Assembly: GCF_006345805.1 (NCBI RefSeq)
Contig: NC_043000.1
Coordinates: 163,618,001 to 163,682,000, forward strand
Length of the DNA: 64,000 nucleotides
Source of the DNA: Octopus sinensis
Lineage: Eukaryota
Direction: 5' to 3'
In this document: positions 27,450 to 39,990 of the stretch, one piece after another
Layout of the letters: each line of letters starts with the position of its first letter
Numbering within the stretch: position 1 is the stretch's first letter
Notes under the pieces: generated by a model
Told to the model about the DNA's origin: nothing
The model's input: only the letters and a program-made list of their open reading frames with translations
Databases searched by the model: none
Translations under genes and position numbers: made by a program

Positions 27450-28700
27450 CATATGTTTCTATTAAGAATCATAACAGCTGAAGCGGAATTGAGTAGCAGT
27501 TCTCTTTCTCACTTATTTTGAAAGAAAAATTTATATATTTGCAAAGCAGTTTAACATCAACGACTCTATATAGGTTTTCTTTTCCATCGCAAACAAGATC
27601 TGTTATGTATGTGGCTTGGCAGAAGTTAGCATAGAGATAGTCCACCAATATTCGTTGTATTAATTCGTATTTATTCAACAATAGATGCATTCTGTATAGT
27701 CTTTCTTACAGATGACATTGCTTATTGATGTAGTAGCAAAATCTTGCCGCATTAGAATGTAGTAACTTAATTACATGTCTGACTAACTGCCGATCACGTG
27801 TGTAGCATCCTCCGTAGAAAAGTAACATTATCAACATTGTCGGTCGCAACTCGAAGGCATAAAAGTTCTTCTGTTTCTTTATTATTGGGGAATTTTCTAA
27901 ATATCTGTTGCTCTTGAATTGCAGAAGCATAACCAATGCCCATAATGTAATATAATGGATTGGTTGAGTTCAAAACAGGTTAAACTTCATTTAAAGTTAG
28001 CATCATCCTCGAGTGTACGGAAGACATACCCATACATAACATTTGGCTCTTGGTTTTGGCACGCTTGTCTATTTTGGTGGAGTTCACGTGGAGGATCAGC
28101 AAAAGTGAATTCTTCTTGAGGAGTTTGCTACCATCCTGTAGGATGTTTTTCGCTTCACGTTTACGCAATTTATTGAAGTATTTTTGTTTAACAGATATCT
28201 GGTTGACATTGAATCACATTTAAGCACTGTCTAAACCTATCTTTTCAACATTCGTCTTTTTAAATCTGAGACGGAGCCCTTCTTTATTTCTGTCGAAGAT
28301 TCCAGTTGACGTCAAAATATATGGGTTCTAATACTTCTGGACGGATCTCTCCTATAGAAATGTGGCTCATAAGTATTAAAACGCATCTGATCTATAGACA
28401 GTTGTTGATATCAGTACTGATAACACAAATGCATTGCAGAATACTGTCTTGCTGTAAAAACTGTCATGTGTTTTTACAATTTGGTATATCCTTTGATTTC
28501 TCTATCTTTATTCACAACACATTCGTGTGGTATATTTTCGTAGGTAGTACTTGGATGAAACAGGGAAGACAGAAAGGCCATCGAAGCAAAAACGTTGGGT
28601 TTTGGAAACAGATTTTTTACGCTCAACTAACAAACATGAGCATATGACTATTTCTTTCTCTGCCAACTCAAGATCTTCTTACTAAAATTGTTTCTCGGCA
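27450..28700 (-). pseudogene. Unassigned decayed coding region, about 1.2 kb, intronless
   Basis: Chain of frame-hopping non-repetitive ORF pieces (GEIRPEVLEPIYFDVNWNLR; QEEFTFADPPREL; LYYIMGIGYASAIQEQ; VATDNVDNVTFLRRML). Confidence 0.3.
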
Positions 28701-28951
28701 TTGAAAATATTTTTATTACATACCTTTAAACTATGTCATATCAATGTTTTTTTACAGTTGTTAATCCTAATATGACAGCTTAGACTTTTAAAAGAAATGA
28801 CCCTGGTTTAGTACCAAAGTAAACAACGAACAGACAGGAATATTCCCTCTGTAAGATATTAACAGTAGAGTCAGTCGGATGACTTACCTTTACAAGGATG
28901 AGGATTGTGAGACAGGTCTTTCTAAGCCTTTCAATATTGATAAAAAACTGA

Positions 28952-29140
28952 GGCGACAAGCTGGCAGAAACGATAGCACGACGGGCAAAATACTTAGCGG
29001 CATTTCGTCCATTTTTACGTTCTGAGTTCAAATTCCGTTGAGGTCCACTTCGTCTTTTATACTTTAGGGGTCGATAAAATAAGTACTAGTTGAACACTGA
29101 GGTCGCCGTAATTGAATTAATTTTCCCATAAAATTGCTAG
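28952..29140 (+). mobile_element. tRNA-derived SINE family B
   Basis: agctggcagaaacgatagcacg...gttctgagttcaaattcc (A/B-box-like), ggggtcgataaaataagtac. Confidence 0.85.
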
Positions 29141-29229
29141 TTTTGTGCAAAAAAAAACAATATCAAAACTCACTTTTACCAAGTGTAAGCCCCAGTCATA
29201 AGTAGGAAAGAGAATCGAAAGACTTTCTG

Positions 29230-29515
29230 TAATCAAGCTATACTGCCACAAGGTTCTGTAGTGATTTTTGTTTCTTCAAAAGTGGTTTCCCACGCACCAA
29301 CAAGCCTTTTTTTTTACCACCTGTTTCCTCAACATACATGACTAAGTTAGACTCGTAATGATGTAGAAAGAGATGGTTGAGAAAGTAAGTGTGAATTTTG
29401 TATTGCATATTTAAGTAAACATTTTTCTGCAAAACTTTGTATTTGCTTTTTGCTACAAGATTTGTCCGTGTAATAGAAAGTAAATTTGATACGAAAATCT
29501 GGCCTTCCATAGCGA
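29230..29515 (-). mobile_element. R4/Dong-clade LINE RT fragment
   Basis: EGQ..TRTNLVAK...LNMQYKIHT..LN.LF..H.ES...EETGGKK, homologous to 45105-45400. Confidence 0.75.
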
Positions 29516-29704
29516 TATATATTATTTCATTTTCGCCGTAGTTTTCTATAGAACTTCACATACTCCCCCTCCCCAGATACATCTATATATATATATATGT
29601 ATATGTGCCTATGTATATATATGTATCTATGTATATATCTATCTACACACATAACACGCAAACACACTGAAACAGACAGACTCACATTCATTATGTATAC
29701 ACAG

Positions 29705-29739
<35 letters not shown>

Positions 29740-30654
29740 GGCATACATGCACATACACACACGTTCATAAACACACATTCACACACATAACATTCACACA
29801 TACACATATCGAGATATAACACAACCTCCCACACACTTGTCATAGATTGAACAGACAGATACAGACACGTAAGTAATGGAAGCAAAACAATAACAGTATT
29901 GCTTGTATCTGTTAAATCTATCTTAAGGTTCTTTACAAGATTATATAGCAAAAGAGACGTCCCTCTATACAACCCATTGGGTTTACAGCAACCAACGTTA
30001 CCTACCGGGATGAGATGGCAGTGCTTTCTCTATATCCACTGTACACCCCCCACACACACATACACACACATACATACATGCATATATATATGTGTGTGTT
30101 TATATAGGTATGAATAAGAATGTATGTATATACGTATATATAAATAAATGAGTGTGTGTATGACAACTGGCTACCACCCATTGTGACGAATCACATACCT
30201 TGTCAAGCTGAGGCAGAGAGAGAGAGAGAGAGAGAGAGTTGGGGTAGAAATATATATATATTTTATGCATCGCTGTTGACTGGTTTCACGCAACATTAAT
30301 ATAGTTTGTCAAATGTCGTAGATTTTCAATGCAAAAACAAGCTATGTTTCAAGCACACGCACTCATATGCGCACACAGTCATACAAGTATATACACATAT
30401 TCAAATGAATGCGTATGGGTGTCTGTTTATACACGTTATTAATTTTTTTTATTACTAGGATTTTTTGCTAAGTAAATTCTGTTTCGATTCTGAGTTAGGA
30501 AGTTCGTGATCAAATACAATGGAAATCAAAAGAGAATTAAGTTTATGAAACTCACCTAAAAAGTAAAGAAAATACACTCTACTTGCTGAGGTATTCGGGA
30601 ATTTATTTTGTACCTACAAAAGCCATCACTTCCGAACAAGCACCCAGAAATAAA

Positions 30655-30820
30655 CATACGTGGCTATGTGGTGATAAGAAGTTTGCTTCACAACCACAGG
30701 GTTCCAGGTTTAGTCCCACTGCGTGGCACCTTGGGTAGATTTTTCTACTATAGCTTCGAGACGACCAAAGCCTTGTGAGAGGATTTGGCAGGCAGAAACT
30801 GAAAGAAGCCCGTCGTATGT
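30655..30820 (+). mobile_element. tRNA-derived SINE family A head
   Basis: tggctatgtggtgataagaagtttgctt..gtcccactgcgtggcaccttggg..gaccaaagccttgtg. Confidence 0.85.
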
Positions 30821-30836
30821 GTATAAACCTTCTACA

Positions 30837-31012
30837 CCCGGATATGTCTAAATCCCAGATAAATCTCCTACACCTGGATATGTTTCCGTAAACAATAACC
30901 CCATCCTTGAGTGGGCCATGTTGTTCGATTCCTGATTTGAATGACTTTGCCAGGTGGTACTATTAAGTTAGACATGGCCTGAGCCAATTCTAGCCGAAAC
31001 CTATCAAAGTAC
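30837..31012 (+). mobile_element. 3' end of a CR1-group LINE related to 9060-11035
   Basis: PDKSPTPGYVSVNNNPILEW versus PDKPPIIGYSSPNKNLLLEW; shared caggtggtRctattaagttagacatggcctg. Confidence 0.7.
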
Positions 31013-31019
31013 ATATATA

Positions 31020-31160
31020 TATTATTGTGTCTGAGGAGAATCATTCTCTTTCGGTGCATAATTACTTAACACACGCACCAGTTGAATTCCACTCATTACT
31101 TATTCATTGATTCAAATGTTTTCGTTGCGTCTTGCAACCTCTTCAATAGTTATTGACTCT
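31020..31160 (-). mobile_element. Probable Penelope-like terminal fragment with hammerhead-like core
   Basis: TTGAAGA-G-GTTGC-AAGAC-GCAAC-GAAA; homologous to 11060-11262. Confidence 0.5.
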
Positions 31161-31163
31161 ATC

Positions 31164-31253
<90 letters not shown>

Positions 31254-31484
31254 GGTGGGGTATGTGTGTATGCTTGCATTTGTGTGTGCATACATACCAT
31301 CCCCTGCTACTAACCTTAACCTATAAAACAATTTTTTCAGTTTATCAAACTTCGATAAGAGAGAAACTTATCCTTCGACGTCAATAAAGCACTATTGATC
31401 CTGAAAGTTGTTTTTTATACCTTCTACGAACTACTCGGAGTTTACTGTCTTCCTACACCACGATCCTTGGATCTTATTTTTACT

Positions 31485-31485
<1 letters not shown>

Positions 31486-31538
<53 letters not shown>
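31486..31538. repeat. (GATA)n tract at the 3' end of the Tx1-like LINE
   Basis: Direct inspection. Confidence 0.95.
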
Positions 31539-31539
<1 letters not shown>

Positions 31540-31771
31540 CTTTTTATTGTAGCCACACAGGGCTAAACACAGAATAAAAATGGACGAAATACAATGTAGA
31601 ATTTTTTCTTTCGAGGTGGGATGGGTGTGGCAAGAAAAAAAAAAAAAAAAAATTTTGATCAATAGGATCTGTGGTTGTGTGGTGATAAAAAAGCAATATA
31701 TATATATATATATAAGGTTCACAGTTTAGGTGTAGTCTTGGAAGAAAACCTACAAAAAAGACCAGGTCACC

Positions 31772-34700
31772 TCAGGCAATTCGAAAAAGAACACATGAGT
31801 AAGTCGCCTTACTTCTCGTTGTCTCTTTTGTTACAGATTTATTGCTTAAAATAGTGTCGTCTTTCATACTGACCATTTTTGCCACTTTTACCCACTTTTT
31901 ATTAAAACATTCGTTCGACAAAGCCTTCCTCTCTATTCTCATCCTCCTTTTCAAGTGGTACTTGAAAAAGTTGACGAGAGACTGACCAGAGAGGAAGGTT
32001 TTGTTTGCAGTCCTTTCAAACGCGTCCACCACACACATTCTTTCTTTCCCATAGCCTTGAGCGTAACGAAAACCGTTTTCCCTTCCCGTTTAAAGGAAGG
32101 TGGTGGAACAATATTCACGATAGACTCGGCCGATAGGCGAGCCTGACCTACACGTGACAACAGCTGTTCGACGAAGGACCACAGCTCTGAAATATCTGGA
32201 CACTGCACGAGTGCGTGCAGAACGGTTTCGTCGCTCTGACCGCATCTCGGGCAGGTCGGTCCGGTGATTGTTTCGGAACCGTGTCTGTAGCTCTTCTCTC
32301 GAACAGGTAGTGCGTCTCGATAGCACTGCCAAGCCAGGGATTTCTGGAAGTTATCCATAGGCCCCGGCCCGAACGTCGTCCTGAACAGGCGGGTTAGGAA
32401 TTCCTCGTCGACGCCCAGGTTTGCCCCGAGTGTGTCGTCGGACCTCCCCTCCACTAGTCCTCTATAGAACGCTTTAGTCGTTTGTAAGTTGCACAAGTTT
32501 GACCCCGGTCGGCAGAGCCTGTAGAGCTTGGCGACACTCTCGGTGCCAATCGCCCAGTTTCGGTCTCTTTTTGATCCACGTTTGCAGTTCGGTCAGTGAG
32601 ACGAGCTGCGGGAAGTCGCGCCTCACAAACGGCGCCCACACTGTTCACCGTCGTCGATGAATTTCCAGAGATGTCGCAGTCTCAGCGCATGCCTGCGCAT
32701 CATCAACCACGGCATGCCCAGTCCTCCATTCAACGGATGTTGACAGCAAATGGACTTCCTCACCATCGGAACGCCACCTTCCACAGGAAGCGGAAGAGTA
32801 TGCGTTCCAGTTTGGTGATGGTGGCGTCGGGACAAGGTACGACGGTCAGGCGGTAATCGATGACGGATGCGATGTACGCGTTCGCCACCTCCGCCCGGCC
32901 TTTTAGAGACAGCTTTCTCTCGGCCCATGTTTGGCTGAGAGCGACCACTCTACTCTACTCGTGATCTCGTCCCAGTTCTTATCCATTTGGAGGTCCGGAC
33001 TGAACCAGACCCCGAGCAATTTAACCCCGTCCGTCCTCCAGCGTCCCACTACTGAGCCGCAGTCGGACGGCATGGGCTTGCTTCTCCAGGTGCCGAGTAG
33101 CAAACCCACTGACTTTTCCGGGTTAATCTTTGCTCCCGTCACCGTTTCATATTTTCTTAGTGTCTCGCCGACCAGCTCGATGTGCTGGTAGCTCGACACT
33201 ATGACGGTGACATCGTCCGCATATGCCGACAGACACGCTCGTCCCGCAACCCAGTTCCCGTGGGATGCCCCTCAGTGTCGCCAGCTTCCGCAGTAGCGGC
33301 TCGAGAGTCAATACATACAGAAGCGCCGACAGGGGACACCCCTGACGGACCGAACGCGTGATGTCAAACGGTTTAGACAGGTGACCGTTTACCCGAATCA
33401 CCGATCGGATGCCGCTATACAAGGCAGCGATCCAACCGCGGAAGACGGGACCGAAGCCAGCCGCCCTGAGGACGGCCGCCAAGTACCGATGGTCGACCCT
33501 ATCGAAGGCTTTAGACTGATCCAAATTTATCAGCGCCCCACCCATGCCAGGATCCTTAACTACCCTGTCCACAATGTAGCGCATCAGATGGAGGTTGTCA
33601 TGTATGGTTCTGCCCCGGCACGGCGCATGTTTGCGCCCTGTCGACCAGTTTACCAATGACAAGCGCCAACCTCTCGGCTATTACTTTGGCCAAAATTTTC
33701 AAATCTGCGTTGAGCAGAGTGATGGGCCTGAAATTATCTATAAAATTCCCCTTGTTTGAGTCTTTCTTCAGCAACGTCACTGCACCTCGGCTCACGAAAC
33801 CGGGGATTCTCCCGTTTTGTTGCCAGTTGCAGTACTGATGCCAAGAGTTCGCCAAACAAGTCTGGCATTCGACAATACAGCTCGTAGGGTAAACCATCCA
33901 ATCCAGGCGACTTATCCCTCGCGCAGCCCGCCATCGCATCCCACACGTCAGCGGCTGTGATGGGACTTTCACAACACTCCGCCTCTCTTGCCGAGAGCCG
34001 CGGCAGGTCGGTCAGGTAGGCACTGAAATCCATCCCTCGTTCCGACCCACCACTCGCACCAAACAGTCGAGCAAAGTGCTGTTGAAAGGCCTCACATATC
34101 CTTTCGGGTTCGAGTAAACTGCATCCCTGTTGATCTATTAGAGACCGAATGGTTGATCTGTTGCCACGCTGCGCCTCCGCTACCCGGGCCTCTCGCGCAG
34201 CTTCAATCCCTTCGTTCCTTAAGGCACGCATTTTAGCTCTGACGACGCAACCTTCGTGCTTGGCGTTGAGGTGTTGGTCGAGGGCCATCCTCGCAGCTAG
34301 CACGTTGGTTGCGCTGCCAGTGGTAAGTGCCTCTTCTAGTTTCTTAACTAAGTCTCCCTCTACTCTATTTCGTTCTATCGCTAATTCCTTGCTAAACCTA
34401 ATTGATTCCGATTTTATTGCCATTTTCAGGGCGTACCACCAGCGGTTGTTAACGACCGCTCCCGTCAGCGCCCTCTTAATTAACTCGCTAATCCGGTTCC
34501 TGTAAACCTGTCGCGCTAACAGCGACGTGTTCAGTTTCCAGTAACCGGGACCCTGCCTATGTTTTATCTAAGTCGAGCGTACACAACAAATTTGTGATCT
34601 GTGTAGCTGACTATTTTAAATTGTGGACATCCTACACTATCCCTATCCGCTGTCCTGCATAGAATTCTATCTAGATAAGATCTCGACGATCCGACGCGGT

Positions 34701-35273
34701 TTGTCCAAGTCCACGTTGGAACGTTCGGATGGTCGAGTCGGAACCTGTCAGACAAATGGAAACGTCTGAGCAGGTCTTTGAGGCTCTTACACCCCCTTCT
34801 ATTCCTATCCCTTCCCACATAATCTAGATGCGTGTCCAAGGTAGCGTTCCAATCCCCTACTAACAGTAAAGGTCTAGACGTACCCAGGAAAACCTCTAGA
34901 CGTCTGAAGAAATCCGCCCGACCCGTTAAGGACGGTGCATAAACTGCCATCAGACGGATGCACACCCATTTCTGCCATCCACGTCCAAGACAACCAGCCT
35001 ACCCTCCGGGTCTAGGAATATTGCTCTTACTTTTACCTTTAGACTCTTTCGAAAAAGCACCGCAGTACCTCCACCACCCATGTTCGGCAGACAGGGAGAA
35101 AAATAAATGTCAAATTGATTGCCAAACATGGACTCGAGGGCCCGCGGCTTACTGAGTCTGGTTTCGCTGATAGCTACTATATCAACGTCCAGTGACTTGA
35201 TGTCGTTTAGAAGGTAACCTTGCTTCCAAGCCGACGCCAAGCCACGCGCATTCACACAACCTAATTTAAGCAT
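31772..35273 (-). pseudogene. Tx1-like ORF2 (APE endonuclease, reverse transcriptase, C-terminal Zn finger), frameshifted
   Basis: CVNARGL, VAISETR, VYAP, LLVGDWNA, SYLDRI, TDHKFV, GPGYWKLN, KSPGLDGLPYE, NFRPITLLNADLKILAK, LDQSKAFDRVDH, RQGCPLS, YADD, CPRC..DETVLHAL..C. Roughly eight frame changes. Confidence 0.92.
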
Positions 35274-35339
35274 ACTTGACAATTACGAAAATTGTGTTTT
35301 ACACACTATATTAGAAGAGACAAGAGGCAAGAAGTGAGG

Positions 35340-37213
35340 TCACTTACTCATTTTAAAAGTTTCATTTTTTTCTTCTTCTTTTGTATCGTTTTTGATGAGG
35401 TGTTTGTATAGTATTTTCGACAGGTATCGTTGATACCCGCCTACCGCATTCGGAAATAATGTTTTCAGTATGTGGTGTTGTGCTTGTGTTATGTGTAAAA
35501 TTCTGATGTGTTTCGGTGGTGTGGTGTGCGGATGATTGTTTGTCTTAAAATCATCTTCACAGACGACCATGTTAGATTTGATGTAGTCCATTAATTCTTT
35601 ATTGTCTGTGTCTATTGCAGTTAGTTGTGTGTGTGGTTTTACAGGTTCATTACTTTTTTGATTGTCTAGGGGAATGTTGTCCTGAGTGAGATATCTCCCT
35701 GCTTTAATTCCTTGTTTGGTGGATTTTTTGGATCTTTTTCTTTTACCCCCTGTGGCTATTTGCCATTCCATCGAACTTTCGTCGTCCGAGGTATCAGTAT
35801 GGGGTAGAGGAAAAGAACAGGATCACTATGTATGCTTGTATAAATTGTTGATGTTTTGTGCGGTGTTTGTGTTGTTGTGGTGTTAGGGGTAGCATTTGTC
35901 TTCTCGTCAGTGTTTTCTGTCTTTTTAATTGTCGTCCTGGGTGTGGGTGTGGGTCGATTTTTTGAAGATTCAACAAGTTTAATTGGTTGTGACGTCAACG
36001 GTGATTGTGTTGGTACTGTTTTTCTTGGTGATGTTGTTGGGGTTTGTTGTTTTTCTTGGCGTTGTTCCATAATTGAGTGTGTTGGTGTTGGTGTTGGCAA
36101 CAAAGGGATTTTATTTGTTTTCTGAATTGTTCTTTCTTGTTTTTTCTGTACCAGATCGCACTTGGCAATCAAATGTTCGGGGCTGCCACATTTGTAGCAT
36201 CTAGGCTTTTTGCCTTCTGCCATAACATATAGGCATTGCCCATTCTCCAAGTATATCTTGTCGGGTAGGCTTTCGATAGAGGCCCCCTCAATCTGGATGG
36301 TCACAACTACTGTTTTTCCACCCCAATTGTCGTTTAGGTACACGGCTGTTTCTATAATATTGATCTTTTTCAAGTGGTAACAGATTGCCCCTGTTATCCA
36401 TTTGTTCGGCATATCGGGGGGTACATTTCTGATAGTAATTCTACTCACCCTCTGGTTTTTATAATAAGGGACCATGATGATTTCATCATTTCCCAGAGAC
36501 TCAGTAGAGTGAGCTTTTGCCACTTCCTGGTTAGGGAAGCGGACCACTACTGTGTTAAACTGTGGACCCCAGTTTATATACTCTTTTTCTTTCATTATAT
36601 TTTTTAAACATTTCTCCACATCAGTTTTTGTAATCTGTTCATTTGGTTTTTTGTTTTTTTCTAATAATTTTATATACAATTGTCTTATTTTCTATTTCTT
36701 GTTTTATACGTTGAGGTGTATGCAGGACTAAATCTTGTCCAGGGTTGTAAAGAGAGCTCTTGTTTCTATGAGCTCTTCATTTGTGAATGTAACAATCTCC
36801 TTTTTCTGGCGAAGAATATCTGCGAAATTTACTGTTGTTGACTTTTTTGTATTGGCATCTTCACTATTAGATAGTTCATTTTTATTGTTGTTCTTGTTGT
36901 TGCTGTTGTTTTTGTCAATAGTTTTCGTTTCAGTTTTATTTTTATCATTTATGTTGGTCGTGGTAGTGGTGGTGGTGGTGGTGGAGGTGGTGGTGGTAGC
37001 AGTTGTTGTCTCGTGGTTGCTGTTGTTAGTGGTGGTGGTGGCGGCGGTGGTGACAGGGCTGTTAACGCACGTGGTTGCAGCGTTCCTTTCACCGAATTTC
37101 ACGTTGGCATTTTCCGTGCGAACGTTCTTTTTTTTCTCTGTCGTTTCCAGACTAGGAAAATTTTGTTCCAAAAAAGAACGCGACCAGCGTTCAACAATAA
37201 AATTTCTAGACAT
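35340..37213 (-). pseudogene. Tx1-like ORF1 (Gag-like, zinc knuckle), interrupted
   Basis: Pieces 36728-37213, 35756-36679 and 35340-35771; CYKCGSPEHLIAKC (CX2CX4HX4C); Thr/Asn low-complexity tracts. Confidence 0.8.
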
Positions 37214-37417
37214 TTTCTAATGTCGAGAAGAAAATAACAGAAATGAAATGGGGTCGAAACTGCCCCTAGGGGCGAATTCCTCCCTTGGAAAAGCACTCAA
37301 ATGAAAGTTGGTTGCCTTACACACCTTATTTGCAAAAATCTACACAAAAATTGGCCTATAAATAGTCAAAATAAATGATTACCTTCGGAGCTGAAACGAC
37401 ATCACATCCGTCAATAA

Positions 37418-37460
<43 letters not shown>
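37418..37460. repeat. (GATA)n tract between the two Tx1-like insertions
   Basis: Direct inspection. Confidence 0.95.
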
Positions 37461-37750
37461 TGTTTCTTTATTAGCCACACAGGGCTGCACACAGATAGAA
37501 CAAATTACAAGGTAGAGCTTTTCTTTTGAAGGTTTAAAAAAAAAAAAAAAAAAAGAGGAAGGGGGAGTTTCGATCAAAAGGGATCGTAAAGGAGAGAAAG
37601 AGGACAAAAAAAAGGGGGGGTTAAAAAAAAAAGGGGGGGGGAGAGGAAAAAAAATTGATCAATAGGGATCGTTATCACAGAAATGTCAATATGAAGTGTA
37701 AAGGGGAGGACAGGTGAGGTTTACCCGTGGAAAGAAAAGCCTACGGAAAA
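37461..37750 (-). mobile_element. 5'-truncated 3' UTR fragment of a sister Tx1-like copy
   Basis: Shares agccacacagggct, ttgatcaatagg and gaaaa.cctac.aaaaga with 31550-31760; ends in AATAAA then (TATC)n. Confidence 0.85.
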
Positions 37751-37751
37751 G

Positions 37752-37838
<87 letters not shown>

Positions 37839-37840
37839 TA
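37751..37840. repeat. (GATA)n tract upstream of the truncated Tx1-like copy
   Basis: Direct inspection. Confidence 0.95.
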
Positions 37841-39009
37841 AACTCCCGCGTTTATGAGTTATACAGAAATTGCTCTTGCGCTTATAATACTTTCAGTTCA
37901 ACTCATAGGACAAAAGAGTGATCATTGCCTTATGTACTTAGTTAGTTAGATCATGTTTGGACTGGATTATTGAAAACAAAAGAAATAATTGGGGCCCTAA
38001 AATGATCGATTATCTGTAAAATAAACGAAAAGGCGTACATCGATTACTAGGATATATGAATATAATCATTATTATCTCATTGAGTATGTTCATATATTTC
38101 TAAAAGCAAGCAAAACTGGGACATTGATTCATCTAGTTTTGCAAAAACCCAACACACAAAGCATCTGTAGATACCATAATAGACGTCACAAGTTCTTCAT
38201 TTAAAACGGTCCAGCTTTTTCTCAATACTTTAACCAAATGCAACCAATTGTACAAAACATAATTTAGAGCACAACGACTTCAAACAAAACCATCAACATT
38301 TCCTGCAAACAATCCACTACCCACAGGTAAACTACCTACACCAAAATAAAAACACGAAAAGAAAAACGCTTTGGTTGAATGGACAGTGCAGGTGTAGTAT
38401 ACAAAAAGCATTCGTTAATCCGTTGAAGCATTAAATTAGGAATATGTTGAGCTTTCATTGTTGGAAACATGTTCTTAGGTACTCATATGATCAGATGTAA
38501 ATTTGTAATTTAATAGACATTAAATATGGCGCCAATATATGTATGAATGTAAGTATGTATGTATGCGTATATGAGACTTTTACAGGAAACGATCGTCCAC
38601 ATAATGCTGGAATAGAATACAGGAAAGTAGAAATTTATACAGAAAATGTTAATCGAAATTAATAGAAAAAAATCTGTAAATAGTTAATGGGAACACCAAC
38701 TGTGACTCTGTTGCACACACACAAAAGAACACGTTTATATATACATTTATACATGTGTGTGTATAAACATGTATATATATGTGTGTAAGTATATGTTTAG
38801 AGGAAGGAAAAGGGAACTGAGTGAATATTTTATCGGAAATTTTATCTATTAAATTGATGAATCACGTGGGAGACAAGACAATATAACACAGGAAGAGGAA
38901 AGAGAGTAATGCTTCGGTTGTTCTTATTCTTTATGTCACTCTCTCTCTCTCTCTCTCTCTCGCTCTCTCTCTCTCTCGCTCTCGCTCTCTCTCTCTCGCT
39001 CTCTCTCTC

Positions 39010-39047
<38 letters not shown>

Positions 39048-39065
39048 TCCCAGAGTATAAGTAAG

Positions 39066-39123
39066 ATCCTCTGATGAGAACTAAGATCATGGCGGCCAGA
39101 GTTCGAAATCACGTGATAAGGAT
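39066..39123 (+). ncRNA. Type I hammerhead ribozyme, all core nucleotides intact
   Basis: ATCCT-CTGATGA-GAACT-(17-nt loop)-AGTTC-GAAA-TCACGTGA-T-A-AGGAT: 5-bp stem I, 5-bp stem II, palindromic stem III ATCACGTGAT; AUA cleavage after 39118. Confidence 0.85.
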
Positions 39124-39135
39124 GTGTCTTTTTAA

Positions 39136-39166
39136 TTCATTTTGTGAGTTTATTTCACAAAATGAA
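39136..39166 (+). other. Perfect 12-bp hairpin downstream of the hammerhead
   Basis: ttcattttgtga-gtttatt-tcacaaaatgaa. Confidence 0.7.
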
Positions 39167-39990
39167 GGGTGCCTTAGCTCGTTCTCTCGCTTTCCCTCAA
39201 TTCATGTGCTGACTGTTTTGTGTGGCTATTCGTGTCGTCTTTTGATGACATGAATTGCCTGTACTAATCTTTACCCTTGTTTATTAACTTGTCTTTAGGT
39301 TTTAATTGCTAACGAGCCACCTATATTATAATGTATTTGATATATTTAATATATTAGCATATTGCAATATCTGATAGTATATATATAAATAAATTCTAAT
39401 ATCCTATTGTATTTAAATACATACATGTGTGTGTGTGTGTGTGTTGTGTGTGTGTGTTTAAAACCAAGGCAAACAGGGTAAATACAATATATTGAGCATA
39501 ATTGACATTCAAGAAGACGTCGAAAAATTAAAAGGTCTTGAAGATAACCCCGTGCTAAAACTCAAAATCGAGTCTCTTACCATTTAATCTCCGAACAATT
39601 TATTGCTCCATTACGTGTTATCTAAGTTGAAAAAATAACACATATATCTTCATTTACGTAAGAGACATAAATTCTTTCACTTACGTGGAAATGGTAAATA
39701 TCCACCCAAATGTTTCAGTGGTAAAACATCTACTTAGAAGAACATATAGATTCGCCTTCATAAAAGGAGCATTAGATACAGAAACATTCAAAACGAAACA
39801 AATCTAATACACTAAAACAAAGGACAGGAGACTATGAAATACAACAGCAGCAAGTGGAGTATAAGGAACTATATGAATATATATACAAAACCAGTTATTA
39901 GATCAAATAAATATTATTTTACAAGGCAAATTAATATACTATCAAAACATCTTGAAATAGAATACAAAATACTTCATCCTAAACCATAAA

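Larger units (their letters stand above)
31539..37417 (-). mobile_element. Near full-length Tx1/L1-clade non-LTR retrotransposon, about 5.9 kb
   Basis: 5' UTR, ORF1, ORF2 and 3' UTR with AATAAA immediately before (TATC)n; two-ORF layout with APE endonuclease, RT and CCHC finger. Confidence 0.95.

Noticed and set aside
27790-27840. DNVTFLRRML resembles the picornaviral RdRp motif ENVTFLKRFF
   Set aside because: No YGDD or other RdRp motifs at the expected upstream spacing; a single short match is insufficient.
30540-30613. Pyrimidine tract-AG|GTGAGT (recursive splice-like site) or a 58-nt exon on the minus strand
   Set aside because: Expected by chance in AT-rich DNA; phases do not join neighbouring candidates.
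31955-37237. Plus-strand ORFs over the Tx1-like element (e.g. 34149-34505, 36735-37220)
   Set aside because: Antisense shadows of the LINE ORFs with no independent motifs.
22596-39621. Further mini-exon candidates on the minus strand (22596-22617, 28888-28921, 39581-39621)
   Set aside because: Good AG/GT signals, but no recognisable protein and no complete open chain could be built.
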